Under the pieces are notes generated by a model. It had not been told where the DNA came from, did not search any database, and saw nothing but the letters and a program-made list of their open reading frames with translations. Position numbers and translations under genes: made by a program. DNA of 64,000 nt, taken from Macrostomum lignano. Taxonomy: Eukaryota. Numbering within the stretch: position 1 is the stretch's first letter; the number at the start of each line of letters is the position of its first letter. Below, one piece after another: positions 1 to 12,575 of this stretch. The stretch is taken from positions 255,592 through 319,591 of the forward strand of contig NIVC01001293.1 in assembly GCA_002269645.1 (NCBI GenBank). The letters run 5' to 3'.

Positions 1-1
1 G

Positions 2-917
2 AATCCGTTCGCTGAAGGCTCGGAACGAATCGCTTATTTTGGGCAGGATCTCTTTGTTGGATACGGCGACCATCGAGCTCGTTCAGCGACGCGTCGAGGC
101 GGCAGAGCTGTCAGCGCACCAAGGCGCACAGTAGTGGTCGCAGAGCCCACTCCGGCAGCCACGCCGACAGACATTGTACTGAAGGAGTACAAGTACCTCG
201 GTAAGAAGCAGAACACGCTAGAACGGTACAAGACGGCGTGCGAGGCTCAGACTGTTGCGTTTTACCTGGCTGACCAGTTCAACTCACTGACTGGCCCGCT
301 GGGCGAGCCGCCAATCAAGTTTCTAAAGACCAAAGCTCTGCTATTGACGTCCTCGAAAGGACTGCGCATTATGTCGTGCGAGAGAAAGTTCTTTGGCGAC
401 GTCAAATTCGTCAAGTTCAGCAACAACTGCGCCTACTCGATGCAGTCCGCCGCCCGTGAGGTCAGCACGAGTGGTGTCGATCCGCGCATTGTGGGCACGG
501 TCATGGCCTTCAGCCACTGGACGTTTCAACGCACCGACGGCTTTTTAATGGTTGTTGATCTGCAGGTAATTCTAAACGACATTTATCTATTGTTGAGGGC
601 AACGATCCCGCGTGTTTAAATACATGTATACGTATAGCAGAGCCAAATTGCTTATCTACTCGATCTCAACTCTGCAGGGCTGCATCTGTGAGGACGGCAC
701 GATAACGACATCGCTGCAGAAGTCGAATGATGCTAAAGCTGCAGCCGTTAAAAAGACAAAAACCAAGAAGGTGCTGATGACGGATCCTGCCATCCACTGC
801 TTGGACGTTACGCGTTATGCGCCGTTGAACCTCGGCCGATCCGGCATGCAGGCCTTTTTCAACGGTCACCAGTGCGGCCAGTTGTGTCGTCGACTCGGCT
901 TGGAGGAAGTCACGCAA
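2..917 (+). CDS. Alpha-kinase (eEF2K/MHCK-type atypical kinase) C-terminal catalytic domain; 5' part lies outside the window; intron 566-677; native last codons displaced to 3468-3491 by a transposon
   Basis: Frame from nt 2 reads NPFAEGSERIAY...IVLKEYKY...FVKFSNN...MAFSHWTFQRTDGFLMVVDLQ. A phase-0 GT-AG intron (566-677) joins it to GCIC...LMTDPAIHC...NLGRSGMQAFFNGHQCGQLCRRLGL. These are the PFAxG, DLQG, TDPxIH and C-terminal HxCxxxC alpha-kinase motifs. Confidence 0.85.
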
Positions 918-3465
918 CCCAGTGAAAAAAAGTATATGGATTCCATGTGGATTTTTCATATGAAATCCATATGTGCATTTGTCTCCGTCCATCCATGTGG
1001 AATTGAGATATGGATTCCACATGGAAGATCCACATGGAAGTAATTATGTATTTCACATAGAATCCACATTGTCATTGAGTAAACAGCCATTATACTGGTT
1101 GCCATAATAAATTGTTGCATCCTAAATCTCAAAATAATATCAGATCTCAAAACTTTATATGAACCCCAGATCTCAATACCATATAAAAGAAACTGAAACA
1201 CAGATAAAAACACTAGCTATAGCGAAAAAATATTTCTGCACAAAAATATATTCAAAAAGGATGTCTCAATAAGTAAGGTGTATTTATATACAGTAGTGAG
1301 TCACTGGCACACAAAGAATAAACACACTGATATAGATATTGATATCTTTAAAGTTGCGCTGCGCATATGATATAATATATAATTTGAAATTGACATTGTC
1401 AATAGCATTAATTAATTAACAATAATATAATGCACCAGAATTAGAACAGTCAGAAACATGCTGCTGCCAATTGCCAGAATGCTGCTTCTTCAGGTCAGGT
1501 GAGAAACCTTAGAAAAGAAAGGGGTTAAATTACAGAATTTTATAACAGATTGATGACAGATTTTATAATAGATTTTGATAGATTTTGATCTTATAACAGA
1601 TTTTGATAACAGAAAAAAATCAGTTTATAACTAAAACTTACCATTGCTTCACAAAAGGTAGCATTCTAGATATTATATTCAAATTCCAAGTAGCTTTGCA
1701 TGCTTCTTCAAAGGAAAGACCAAGGTGACATCCAAGTTTGAGGATGGGCCATGTAATGTTAGGCTGAAATGAAATAGAAAAATAATTGTTGCCAATTAAG
1801 ATTGATAGATTATATTGATATAATTCATAAAACTAATTTAAGGATGAATACTTAATAAAGTTTATTTTAAAATTAACTAGGCCTAAGTTCTAGGTTTATT
1901 TTTTTAAGCGCAAAGTGTGCATATGCGCCTTAAATTTTAAAATTGCACCTTGAAAATTGAAATTAAAAAGTGGATACAGTTTAGGTGCGATTTCATTACC
2001 TATTTTTCTGTTGAAGCCTTATTTGCACTGCCTTTATATAAGAAAAAAGAGAAATTGCATTCTAAGCCTTAAAATCATAAAACCCTGAAAGTGAGCATAG
2101 GATATAATTTTGCACTTTGTCTCTAGCAAAAAAGAAAACCCTACCTAAGTCAATCAATAAACCAATAAAATAATAAATACAAAAATAATTAATATATGTT
2201 TCTATAAATTTAATTTTTTATTTTAAAATTGATTTTAAACTATAAAGTATTTAGGCAAAGCAATGCATGTTTTTTTATATTTGCTGGCCTAGTATGATTT
2301 AACATTAGGCCTAAGCCTAAATAGCTATGCCCTATGCCTATGGCTATTAAATTCTGGACTTGGCCTAAATCAGATCAAATTTACAATAATCATTATTTAT
2401 TTATAATAGCAACCTTAGGGAACTGCTAGGCTAGCTATGCCAAAAGCAAGTTGCAAGTGTAAATGCAGAATTATTTATTATAATTAATAATACTGTTTTT
2501 AAAAATGCAACAAGTCCAAAAGATGCTAATAGGCTTTTTTGAAGAAAATCATAAATTAATAGATTTTTAACAGATTAACTAGATTGACTAGTCACAATTC
2601 ACAAAGTCAAGCTAGTCCCAACTCCCAACCTTAATTAAAATAGAAGGACCTAAATTGATAGTTATAGGCCTAGCTTAAAATAGGCCTAATAAGCATACAT
2701 ATAAATAGATAGGTAGGACTAAGAGGAAATTATGAACTTCTAAAGGCCTATTTAAGTTAAAAAATGAGTAGCCAATCTATGGACATGGCCATGGAATTCC
2801 TAGAAATTGGATAGGGCCTAGGCCTAAATAAATTTATCATGGATTTTACCAAAAGTATTAGGCCTATCTATGATAAAATACTGATTTATCTAATTTCTAA
2901 TCCCATGGAGGCCATGGCCTTATACTCGTAAGTTATTGCCTATAGGCTAGGTCTACTAAAATTTTTAAGGTGCTTAAATAGCCATAAACAAGGCACTTTA
3001 TCTTTCAAGGCCTTGGACCAAGACATTGACGAATATAAAATAAAATTAATTTAATTTTAAAACGTACGAAACGTTTTTTATTGTTAACTTCTATTTTGTC
3101 TATTTTAACAAACAGTGTCTTTTTTTCCAATTATAATTTAGCTTTTAGATAATAATTTTTACTTAAAAGCATATAAATATAATAATTAATTTTAGTAATT
3201 TCATAAAAACGTCTAAATAAGGTGTATCACAGTTTTTTATCGAAGTGGATTCCATGTTGAATCAATATACGCTTATTTCTCATGAATTCCTTGTAAAATC
3301 CACATCAACATTAGGACAGTAAAAATAAAAAAATAATGCATAAAAAATACTTTGCATACCATTATGTCATCTTTAAGTCATTAATTTGCAAAAATTAAAG
3401 AAACATTTAAATTCCACATGGCCACGTGGAACCCACGTGGAATCCATGAATCATTTTTCACTGGG
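918..3465. mobile_element. Non-autonomous DNA transposon (about 2.55 kb), CCC...GGG ends, 2-bp AA TSD, probably CMC/EnSpm-like
   Basis: The left end CCCAGTGAAAAAAAGTATATGGATTCCATGTGG is an imperfect inverted repeat of the right end CCACGTGGAATCCATGAATCATTTTTCACTGGG. AA flanks both sides (916-917, 3466-3467). GTGGA(A/T)TCCA(C/T) subterminal motifs recur at both ends; the AT-rich interior has no ORF. Confidence 0.7.
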
Positions 3466-4466
3466 AAATCCCTTCACCTGAAAAATGTTGAGTTGGGACG
3501 AGGGTAGGAACTTAAACTCAAAGTACTCAAACACAGATGCGTGGGGGTCTTAAGCAGACACTTAATCGTGCATGTAATGTACATGTATACCATGCACAGT
3601 TTTGACGTGTAACCTCTTCAATTAGTGTATTTAAACTTAAATTTGAGAGTGGAAAAGTCAAAATAATATTTTTTTGACTTTTTGAACCACATGATCAAGC
3701 TGTATGATGCACGGGGTATGATGATTAGCTCGCATTCATGTTTGATAATGTTCAAATATATATTGCTCATAATAATATACTTCCGTTTAATTCAATTATA
3801 TAATAGTGATTGTATTATGATTCACCGTTTTTTGTAGATAAAGCTTCTTTGAAGATCATAAATGAATTGGATTCGTCTCAAGGGCGTTCCCACAATCTAA
3901 AAAATACGTGTTGAAAACGCCCAACTTTCTATTGGATTCGATTTTGATATACGTGTAGGGCATGTATAACTCAATCTACACGTCAGCTTAAATGAATCTA
4001 AAATAAGCAAGGTTGAATTTCTTTAAGCCTTTCTATTGTAAATAACAATTAGTTTAGGGTTTGTATTTGTTAAACTTCTTGATTGGAATTGGAACTAATC
4101 GATCAAGAAGCTTCCAAAAATATGCCTTTCCTTATGAAACTGAGTTTCCGGATTTTCGTCAAAGTCACTTGATTACATTTAATAATCATATTTAAATTGG
4201 GATTTTCACAGGAAATCGCGCTCAACGCGCACGCGTTTCGTTTCAAGCTTAGTCAAGAAAACATACATAGTGAAGTTAAGTTTAGTTAGTTATATAGATG
4301 GCTTAACTAATATGCATGAAAGCGATTAATTCGAAAATAGGCAGTTATGGCAATGCTGTTAACCAAAAGTATATTGTATTTTTAAATGATACAAATAGTT
4401 TCATGATCATGAGGTTTCGCAATGATGCTTTTGTTAGCTCGTATTCACGTATTGCTGTGTGATAAT

Positions 4467-4583
4467 TTGGCATTCTTCAAGTTTCGTTCGTTTAATTCCA
4501 ACACCCACCCCCCACCACCCTTGAATAGAGGGCGAAAATAATTCCGGAAATAATTAAACGAACGAAACTTGAAGATTGCCGAA
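4467..4583. repeat. Short foldback element (about 30-bp inverted arms, about 55-bp spacer), MITE-like
   Basis: TTGGCATTCTTCAAGTTTCGTTCGTTTAATT pairs with AATTAAACGAACGAAACTTGAAGATTGCCGA. Confidence 0.55.
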
Positions 4584-5200
4584 AATTTAGCTCCATGAGA
4601 TTACAATTGACAAATCCAATTTGATAAAGCTATAAAATCGGAATCAGAATATCTTTCCCAGGAAACGGGAGACTGCGGTTGCGGGTCATTTCGTCTGCCG
4701 GAGGTCCTGTCCTACGTGCTAGGGTGGACGGGTTGTCTGCTGTTGTGTAAAATGAAAAAAATACCCAGCAATAAAGCAGCGAAGCATGTATTGGTGCGAA
4801 GAGCAGTATTTGCCGCAAATAAGCACCTATTTTTTTACCATTCACATGAGAGTTTTTCCAAGACTGCTAAATCATTTAGTAAATGGTCATTATTGGCATA
4901 AACAGTAAATATAGGAAACCATGAGATATCACTTTGGACTTGCTAAGACCTAAGTTGCTATTTGATAGTCTGATTAAGCAAATAAAATTAAACAAAGCTA
5001 GGCTAAAAATTCAAAATTTAGAATATTTTTAATATTTTCTAGGCAGGCCTATTTGCTATTTGTATCCTTTGCTATTTTTATATTGTTTGTTTGTAGTCCT
5101 ATTAGTTATTAGGAAATGATTTAAGTTAAACAAGTGAAGTTATATATGATTTAAATTATATAACTATGATTGATATAGTTTGATAAATTTTATTTATGGT

Positions 5201-7209
5201 AGGGACTCCAGTGAGGTTACCGTAAAGCTGATAATTACACGAAAAATCGTAAAATAATGTTTTTTAAAAATGAAATTGCCATGCATAGAAAATGTTTATA
5301 GTAAAAACAAAATATACATGTTAAAGAAGAGTTTCTATTCTTTTTAATGAGATAAAGAAACAAAAAATATATACATTGTATGCCGAGTAATGTCCCACTG
5401 AACTTCGTCTTTTTTTTAATACACTCGTTTTGTTGCCAAAAAAAGTGACTTTCGAAAGTTCGTTTTTTTGTTGGAAAGCAATTATTTTAACAAAATATAA
5501 CTATTTATTGATACAAAAAACTATATTTACAAACATTTTTTGACATTTTGAGAAGAAATTTTTTTTCTTTTCTATTTATTTAGACAGTATAAAAAAATTA
5601 AAGTTGAATAAAAATCGTACCCGTATTTCCGAAGCTTAGTAAAACCCGGAAATGAATGCTACTCCGTAATATGATTACATTAAAAAAAACCGCACATGTC
5701 TATCTATATCCGCCAAAAAGTTATTGAAGCCTGTTTTTTGCCTATCTCTTCAGTGTAAAATAGACGGATAAAACAGAAAATTTAAATTTTTTTCTAGCAG
5801 TAATTTCCGAAGACTATTCTTCTACTCCATTTAATAGAGGAACTTATAGGAATTCTTCACAGCACTTTTATATCTTTCCACATACATCCGCCGAGGAGCA
5901 GCAGCAATGTTTGCTTTTTAGTAGCGATACTACTTACATACTACTTATATAAAAAGTGGCTTATTATGGCTTTTCTTAACCAAAAAGAAGACGTTTTACC
6001 ATTGCAAATTAGTTTTGAAGGCAAAATAATACAAATAAATGTATGCTTTAGCTTATTGAGCTATAGCAATTGCAATCCCAATAAATGACCCCTTGAATGC
6101 ACGTAACCTTGGTCTGCAATTCAAACTCCCATAAAAATAAACTGAATTTCATAAGAAATTGTGTTTATTCCATTTGTAAGTTTAATAAGCAACTTCACAA
6201 TATACAATTTTAAGTACAATATATTTTTAAATACTTCTTTACACTTGTTTACAGAAATGTTCATCGGTAGGCCTAACTTTATTCACAATATACAATTTTA
6301 CAATAAGGATAGGCTCAATCAAAAAATATACAAGACAATAGTATCAACAATTATTTACCTATATGTTTTACAGTTAAAAAGCAAAGCAGACAATATACAT
6401 TATGTGTGTAAAGACAATAAGCATTAAATATATGCTAACTTCAGTCTTCAGTTGCAGCTACTCAACAAGCAATAATATTGGAAAAAAAAGAACAAGAGCT
6501 TTTAAATAAACCAAAGTACACAAAAAAACATTTTCATATGTTTTTCATTAAAAAAACAAATCAAACTTTATATATATTCATTAGTCTAAAAAATATAATC
6601 ATTCAAAGTTGAAAAATGTGCAATTTTAAGATATGCTATCAAGTTCCAGTAGCAAAAAAGTCACAAAATTGGTGAATTTTTTAACCTTTGTCAATATATA
6701 GGAAAAAATGGTATAAAAATATATACTTTTATATGTTGTGGAGTAAACAAATAAAAAAGATTTCAGAAAAAGCAATTAACTTTTAAATAATAGTCATTTG
6801 AAATTTTAATTTTGCTCTATTTTTGATGTGCATTTTTCACTTTTTAAAAATTCAAATGCAAACCCCAAGAAAGATACATTAGAAAGAATAAAAACAATTT
6901 GTTAATCTTATGTAGAACTGCTTGGTCTTTAAAATGATACCAGACTCAATATTGTATGTTGAATAGCAAAAAAGAAATGACAACAAAAAGTGAAAAATTT
7001 TGTTTTCGTACATCTAATGGCAACAATCTATAATGTATTTTTCCTATCTAAAAAACGTAATTTTTTGGGCACAAAAAATGCTATAACTTTTTTATTACTC
7101 AACCAAATTTAATAAGTGAAGCCATTTTGTGATGCTGTTATTGTCCTCTATCAGATACATATCTGAAAATATATAAATTTTAAAGTTTCAAAATCTCACT
7201 GGAGTCCCT
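5201..7209. mobile_element. Non-autonomous DNA transposon (2009 bp), perfect 15-bp TIR and 9-bp TSD
   Basis: TIR AGGGACTCCAGTGAG at 5201 and CTCACTGGAGTCCCT ending at 7209. ATTTATGGT is duplicated at 5192-5200 and 7210-7218. Interior is AT-rich and non-coding. Confidence 0.8.
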
Positions 7210-7899
7210 ATTTATGGTGTAAATACAATACAGATGCAAATATTAAATTCAAATTGGTACCTACTAAATTATATGGAATAATTCCATTTTAATAATTGCC
7301 AATAGGGCCTAGGCCTTATTTAATAATTTAAACTTTAGCTAAAAAACATTATTTATTATTAGATTTAATTAATGATGACCATTGACAGTCAGCTCTATTA
7401 TGAGCTTCCTAATTGATAAAAAATAATTTTTAATTGGTAATAATGTGGCAAGATATAGCATAGTAGTCAGCTATAGTCTATAGATAATTTAACATGGCTT
7501 GGGTGTATTTTGTATATTGTGAATTTAATTTATTTTTAAAATATAAAAAGTTGAATTCTAATATTAAGCCAAATAGTTAATATTAAATCAGATTAGTACT
7601 AGCTAATTTAAACTCTTGATTTTATATCAGAATTTTTGGTATATTAGGTATAACTTATAAGTTCAATCAAATATTAATATAAATTTTTTTGTCAAAAAGA
7701 GTCATCTGGCTTCTATTTTACCATTAAAAATTCAGTTTTATACATAATTTAAAGTTTTTATACCTTTTTTGCAAGGTCAAAATTTAGCAAATATTAGAGA
7801 TTTAGTATATTGTGATAAATCATATTATATAACAATAAATGTTTTAAGTAATTTTAGTTCTACGAATGCTACTAGTTCTCAATTTTGTAATTTTCATAT

Positions 7900-8598
7900 T
7901 TGCTTACTGCATTGATAGCTTGGATTGCTCATCCTGTTATGCCTCATTGGTATTCCTCATATTGCCTTGTGTCCTGCTGCATTGTTGCCATATTATTCAA
8001 CATTGGCCAATCTTCTCAGTTATTAAATAATACCTCTGAAGCAGCTCTGAGTGCACTGCTAGCAATGCAATTGGAGCAGAGAACAGTAAAGAATGCTCTT
8101 CAACAGTGTTCAACTGCCCAAGCTGCTCAGCTGCCCAAGCTGAACTGTGCCTGGCTTGTACTCACAGGCAGTTATAAACCTTCGAACAGCAGCATTCGCT
8201 TCACTAGCCCAGTGGAATACCTGACATGCTTTGATCCAACTAGGCAGTTTTGCGAGTACCACCAGCCCGTCAGCAGGTACACAGCTAGGATGGACTGTCT
8301 GGGCTGTCCAGCCTGTCAGTTTAAAGGCTGCAACAGCGATTTGGCCGGCTGCCAACTGGCCTGCGTTTGCGACTGCGGTTCTGGCGACCTGGGAGTGATA
8401 GCTTGTCACCAACTGTGCGATGGTGCCGCTCAGTGCCACAACTCGCTGGCGGATGAGGCTCTGGGTGAGCTGGGCTCTTCTAGCAATGCTGCTGATGAAA
8501 GTTCTCAATGGAACTTTTGCAGCTCATGCATCTCCTTCCAGTCATGCTTTCCCCATTGTCCCAATCTCTTCTGGCCTCTTCTTCCCCCCCCCTTCTAA
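7900..8598 (+). CDS. Probable exon of a Cys-rich extracellular protein with an LDL-receptor class A-like motif
   Basis: GC-richer ORF in AT-rich surroundings with many Cys; CHQLCDGAAQCHNSLADE resembles the LDLa CDG..C....DE motif. Exon boundaries not determined. Confidence 0.4.
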   Translation: MLTALIAWIAHPVMPHWYSSYCLVSCCIVAILFNIGQSSQLLNNTSEAALSALLAMQLEQRTVKNALQQCSTAQAAQLPKLNCAWLVLTGSYKPSNSSIRFTSPVEYLTCFDPTRQFCEYHQPVSRYTARMDCLGCPACQFKGCNSDLAGCQLACVCDCGSGDLGVIACHQLCDGAAQCHNSLADEALGELGSSSNAADESSQWNFCSSCISFQSCFPHCPNLFWPLLPPPF

Positions 8599-9075
8599 CC
8601 TCCTCCCCTTATCTCCCTAGCCCTCCTCCCTCCCTTGCCCTCCTCCCTATCCCTTGCCCTCTTCCCCTCTCCCTTGCCCTCCTCCATCTCCCTTGCCCTC
8701 TTCCTCTCTCCCTTGACTTCCTCCCCTCTCCCTTGCCCTCCTCCCCTCTCCCTTGCCCTCTTCCCATCTCCCTTGCCCTCTTCCTCTCTCCCTTGACTTC
8801 CTCCCCTCTCCCTTGCCCTCTTCCCCTCTTCCTTGCCCTCTTCCCCTCCCTTGCCCTCTTCCCCCTCCCTTGCCCTCTTCCCCTCTCCCTTGCCCTCTTC
8901 CCCTCTCCCTTGCCCTCTTCCCCTCTCCCTTGCCCTCTTCCCCTCTCCCTTGCCCTCCTCCCTCTCCCTTGACTTCCTCCCCTCTCCCTTGCCCTCTTCC
9001 CGCTCCCTTGCCCTCCTTCCCTCGGCCCTCTCCCTTGCCCTCCTCCCCTCTCCTTTGCCCTCCTCCCCTCCTCTC
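8580..9075. repeat. Polypyrimidine minisatellite (CCTCTCCCTTGCCCT-like units)
   Basis: Direct reading; the overlapping P/L/S and G/E/R ORFs are repeat artefacts. Confidence 0.9.
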
Positions 9076-9130
9076 CTCTCGGCTTCCTGCGGTTTCCCCA
9101 TCAAACTTATCAATGATCGCCAGTCCCTCA

Positions 9131-9530
9131 CATAGGCGTAGGAACGGGGGGGGGGCAGTGGGGCTATGGCCCCCCACTTTTTACAATGGGGGCCAGTAAT
9201 GGTATCTGGCCCCTCCACATTTTAAATGTAAAATGTAGACTTTTTGCTTATTTTTGGTTTTTGCTGCTTTGCATGAATGCATTTTGCTGCAGGGCGACAA
9301 AACATAGCGCCTGTGGCGCCAAAATGAGTGCCTGCGGCGCTAAAATGAGTGCCTGCGGCGCTAAAATGAGTGTCTGCGGCGCTAAAATGAGTGCCTGCAG
9401 CGCTTTATAAAATGAGTGCTGACAAGACAGATTCTGAAAATAATCGGTGCATGATGTGCATTTTCCATATAAAAAATCCAACTCGATGGGGGCGTGCGCC
9501 CTGTGTTTTTGAAACTTTCCTACGCCTATG
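9131..9530. mobile_element. MITE (400 bp), 14-bp TIR CATAGGCGTAGGAA, 8-bp TSD with one mismatch (hAT/P-like)
   Basis: CATAGGCGTAGGAA at 9131 and TTCCTACGCCTATG ending at 9530. Flanks GTCCCTCA and ATCCCTCA. Internal 21-bp tandem repeat GCCTGCGGCGCTAAAATGAGT, about 4 copies. Confidence 0.75.
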
Positions 9531-9558
9531 ATCCCTCACCTCTCTAGCACCCATCCTC

Positions 9559-9855
9559 ATGGCCCTCCCTTCTGATCTCCTCAAACCGCTCCCAGACAAC
9601 TGCAAGTTAGTCGTTCGCCAGCCAACAACGCCTGCAGCTCCGACTGGCCTCAGCGGCGCAGCTGCCGGGTTGACAGCCGCTGCGCTGACCCTCCTGGCCA
9701 CGGCGGCCGCTGTCGGCCTGTTTCTCTTCTACAGACGTCGACAAGCGGCGGCCGGCGCTGGCAGGCGAGGCGCGTCGGTGGAATGGCGCCGACTGTCTAC
9801 AGGGGGCGTCGGAGATGGGGGTGAGGCCAGCATCCCGCTGGGTGTGTCGGCTTGA
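9559..9855 (+). CDS. Probable terminal exon encoding a transmembrane helix and cytoplasmic tail of a type I membrane protein
   Basis: LTAAALTLLATAAAVGLFLFY followed by the stop-transfer RRRQ; GC-rich. May be the last exon of the Cys-rich gene at 7900-8598 (inference). Confidence 0.4.
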   Translation: MALPSDLLKPLPDNCKLVVRQPTTPAAPTGLSGAAAGLTAAALTLLATAAAVGLFLFYRRRQAAAGAGRRGASVEWRRLSTGGVGDGGEASIPLGVSA

Positions 9856-9904
9856 GGAAAAGTACTCTCTAACTTCCTTATGATCTGCTGAATAAATAAT
9901 AGCT

Positions 9905-10255
9905 TGGCTACTATGAGCTACTTATTAGCTACTTATCAGCTACTTATCAGCTACTTATTAACTACTCATTCGCTACTCATTAGCTACTTATTTGCTACTT
10001 ATCAGCTACTTATTAGCTACTTATTAACTACTCATTCGCTACTTATTAGGTTATCATTAGCTACTTATTAACTACTCATTAGCTTCTTATTAGGTACTCA
10101 TTAGCTACTTATTAACTACTCATTAGCTACTTATTAGGTACTCATTAGCTACTTATTAACTACTCATTTGCTACTTATCAGCTACCTATTAGCTACTCAG
10201 CTACTTATTAACTACTCATTAGCTACTTATTAGCTACTCATTAGCTGCTTACTGG
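9905..10255. repeat. AT-rich 11-bp minisatellite (AGCTACTTATT-like)
   Basis: Direct reading of tandem units. Confidence 0.85.
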
Positions 10256-10889
10256 TTAGTAATTTTTTGAATAATTGTTATAGAGAGGAAGCAATTATCG
10301 TTGAAAATATCATTCGCTCAAGTTTTATTTATCATGTACGCAGCCATTTTAATGACATGATGTGTTTTTAGTGCTGTGCCAAATAAACTAACCATAATTT
10401 TCCTAAGTTTGCATGCATATTACTCCTTTACAGTAGTATATAATTATTGATAGCTCAGTATTTAGAGTTAAAAAATTTCCTACTTTTTGATAAACTAAAC
10501 CGGATGATTACCGTATTACTATAAGTAGTAATATGCAAAAATATTAGTAATTTTGACTTGTATTTTAAGTTATATTTATAAATATTATTTTTTTGTCTAG
10601 TCTCACTTTGTATCATTTTCAGTTGTGTATAGAGATTTCAGTTGCAGATCGATGCAATGAGGGCGCACTTTTCATTTCAATGCGTACTTTGCACACGTTA
10701 ACAGCTGTTTTTTTCTAATTTCTAATAAAAATTGTACATTCCTTTTTGTAATTAGCTCGTAATTTAAATGCATCACTTCTGTTCTAATGAAGACTTACAA
10801 CTGTATTTCCCAAGAAAATCATTGAAACCGCGAAAGTTGATTGCAGAGTTTCTTTTATCAATTTCATGACTCTTGGGTAATCGTATAAA

Positions 10890-11090
10890 GGGGGTTGTAG
10901 CCTCGTGGTTAGGGCGTCGGACCCACAACTTGAAGGTCGGGGGTTCGATTCTCGACCAAGTCGGAACACTTTGTGTCCTTGAGCAAGACACTTAACTCTG
11001 CATTGCTTCAGTTCACCCAGCTGTAAAATGGGTGCCAGCATTAGCTGGGGTTATTGAGGGTGTGTGTGGCGACCCCCCAGTCCTTGGACT
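10890..11090 (+). mobile_element. tRNA-derived CORE-type SINE
   Basis: Pol III A box (TAGCCTCGTGG) and B box (GGTTCGATTC), followed by TGTGTCCTTGAGCAAGACACTTAACTCTG...CAGCTGTAAAATGGG, which matches the MIR/CORE domain as I recall it. 3' end approximate. Confidence 0.7.
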
Positions 11091-11164
11091 GAACAGCCGT
11101 TCGCAGCCTTCAGATGCGCCGCGCAATAGCTGCGGCTGAGCTGTCGGTTGCACATCTGCCCACT

Positions 11165-11882
11165 CACTGGATAATCACTCAAATATTCGCTGGATAATCA
11201 CTCAAATATTCACTGGATTATCTCTAAAATATTCGCTGGATAATCACTCAAATATTCACTGGATAATCACTCAAATATTTACTTGTTAATCACTCAAATA
11301 TTCACTGGATTATCTCTAAAATATTCGCTGGATAATCACTCAAATATTCACTGGATAATCACTCAAATATTCACTGGATAATCTAAAATATTCGCTGGAT
11401 AATCACTCAAATATTCACTGGATAATCACTAAAATATTCACTGGATAATCACTCAAATATTCACTGGATTATCTCTAAAATATTCGCTGGATAATCACTC
11501 AAATATTCACTGGATAATCACTCAAATATTCACTGGATAATCTAAAATATTCGCTGGATAATCACTCAAATATTCACTGGATAATCACTAAAATATTCAC
11601 TGGATAATCACTCAAATATTCACTGGATTATCTCTAATATATTCGCTGGATAATCACTCAAATATTCACTGGATAATCACTCAAATATTTACTTGTTAAT
11701 CACTCAAATATTCACTGGATTATCTCTAAAATATTCGCTGGATAATCACTCAAATATTCACTGGATAATCACTCAAATATTTACTGGATAATCACTCAAA
11801 TATTCACTGGATAATCATTCAAATATTCACTGGATAATCACTCAAATATTCACTGGATTATGTCTAAAATATTCGCTGGGAT
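11165..11882. repeat. 21-bp tandem repeat (CTGGATAATCACTCAAATATT(CA/CG) family)
   Basis: Direct reading; higher-order pattern of variant units. Confidence 0.9.
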
Positions 11883-12023
11883 CACTTAAGTACGAAGTAT
11901 CTACTGAAAAATCGCCTCAATATCGACTTAATGGTGTCCATCCAAGACTTTTCTTTTAGTATTTTCTTTCAAATCTCTTCTAAAAGTAGACTCAATTGCG
12001 TATAAAGTCTTTCTGTCATCTCT

Positions 12024-12575
12024 ATGGTATTATTATACTTTACCCATAAGTGTTTTGCAAGACTAGTGATGCCTACAAAGATTACTAAGTTGCGCGAAGT
12101 TACCTCAGCTTCGCATGATAACAGAGAGATGGACCAGCCCGACAACGAGGAGACTCAGTTCCAAAAGAGTTTACTCCGACATCGCTACAGCATGTCGTTC
12201 AGCTTGAACCTGCTATCAACCGACATTACTATTAGAGAGCTCAAATTGATGGTGCTGGAGAAGCTGCAGATTCCCTTGCGAGATCAATTAATCTACAGGT
12301 GCACCAGCAACGTGATCACGGACGGTGGCTCCTCCGCCGACCAGACTCAGTTCTCGCGGCCAGACGACTCGGTCAGTCTGCGCTATCTGGGCCTCGCATC
12401 TGGCGACCATCTGCACCTGGTGGCGCTGAACCGCGGCACCCGCTACCTGCTCATCTTGCACTTCTGCCAGGAGTTCCGCTTTGCTGAACGGCGCCGACGG
12501 AACTGGAACCAGCGGATGGTGCCTAGTAATGACATTGAGATTGGCGGCGGCTCCTCTGACGCGCAGTTGCAGTGA
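12024..12575 (+). CDS. ORF/exon with a ubiquitin-like fold segment
   Basis: TIRELKLMVLEKLQIPLRDQLIY...DDSVSLRYLGLASGDHLHLV resembles the Ubl pattern (T+..LK..+...GIP...Q.L+...D..TL..YGI..G..LHLV). True start uncertain. Confidence 0.5.
   Translation: MVLLYFTHKCFARLVMPTKITKLREVTSASHDNREMDQPDNEETQFQKSLLRHRYSMSFSLNLLSTDITIRELKLMVLEKLQIPLRDQLIYRCTSNVITDGGSSADQTQFSRPDDSVSLRYLGLASGDHLHLVALNRGTRYLLILHFCQEFRFAERRRRNWNQRMVPSNDIEIGGGSSDAQLQ

Noticed and set aside
8508-9218. Collagen-like or G/E/R-rich ORFs
   Set aside because: Artefacts of the polypyrimidine minisatellite.
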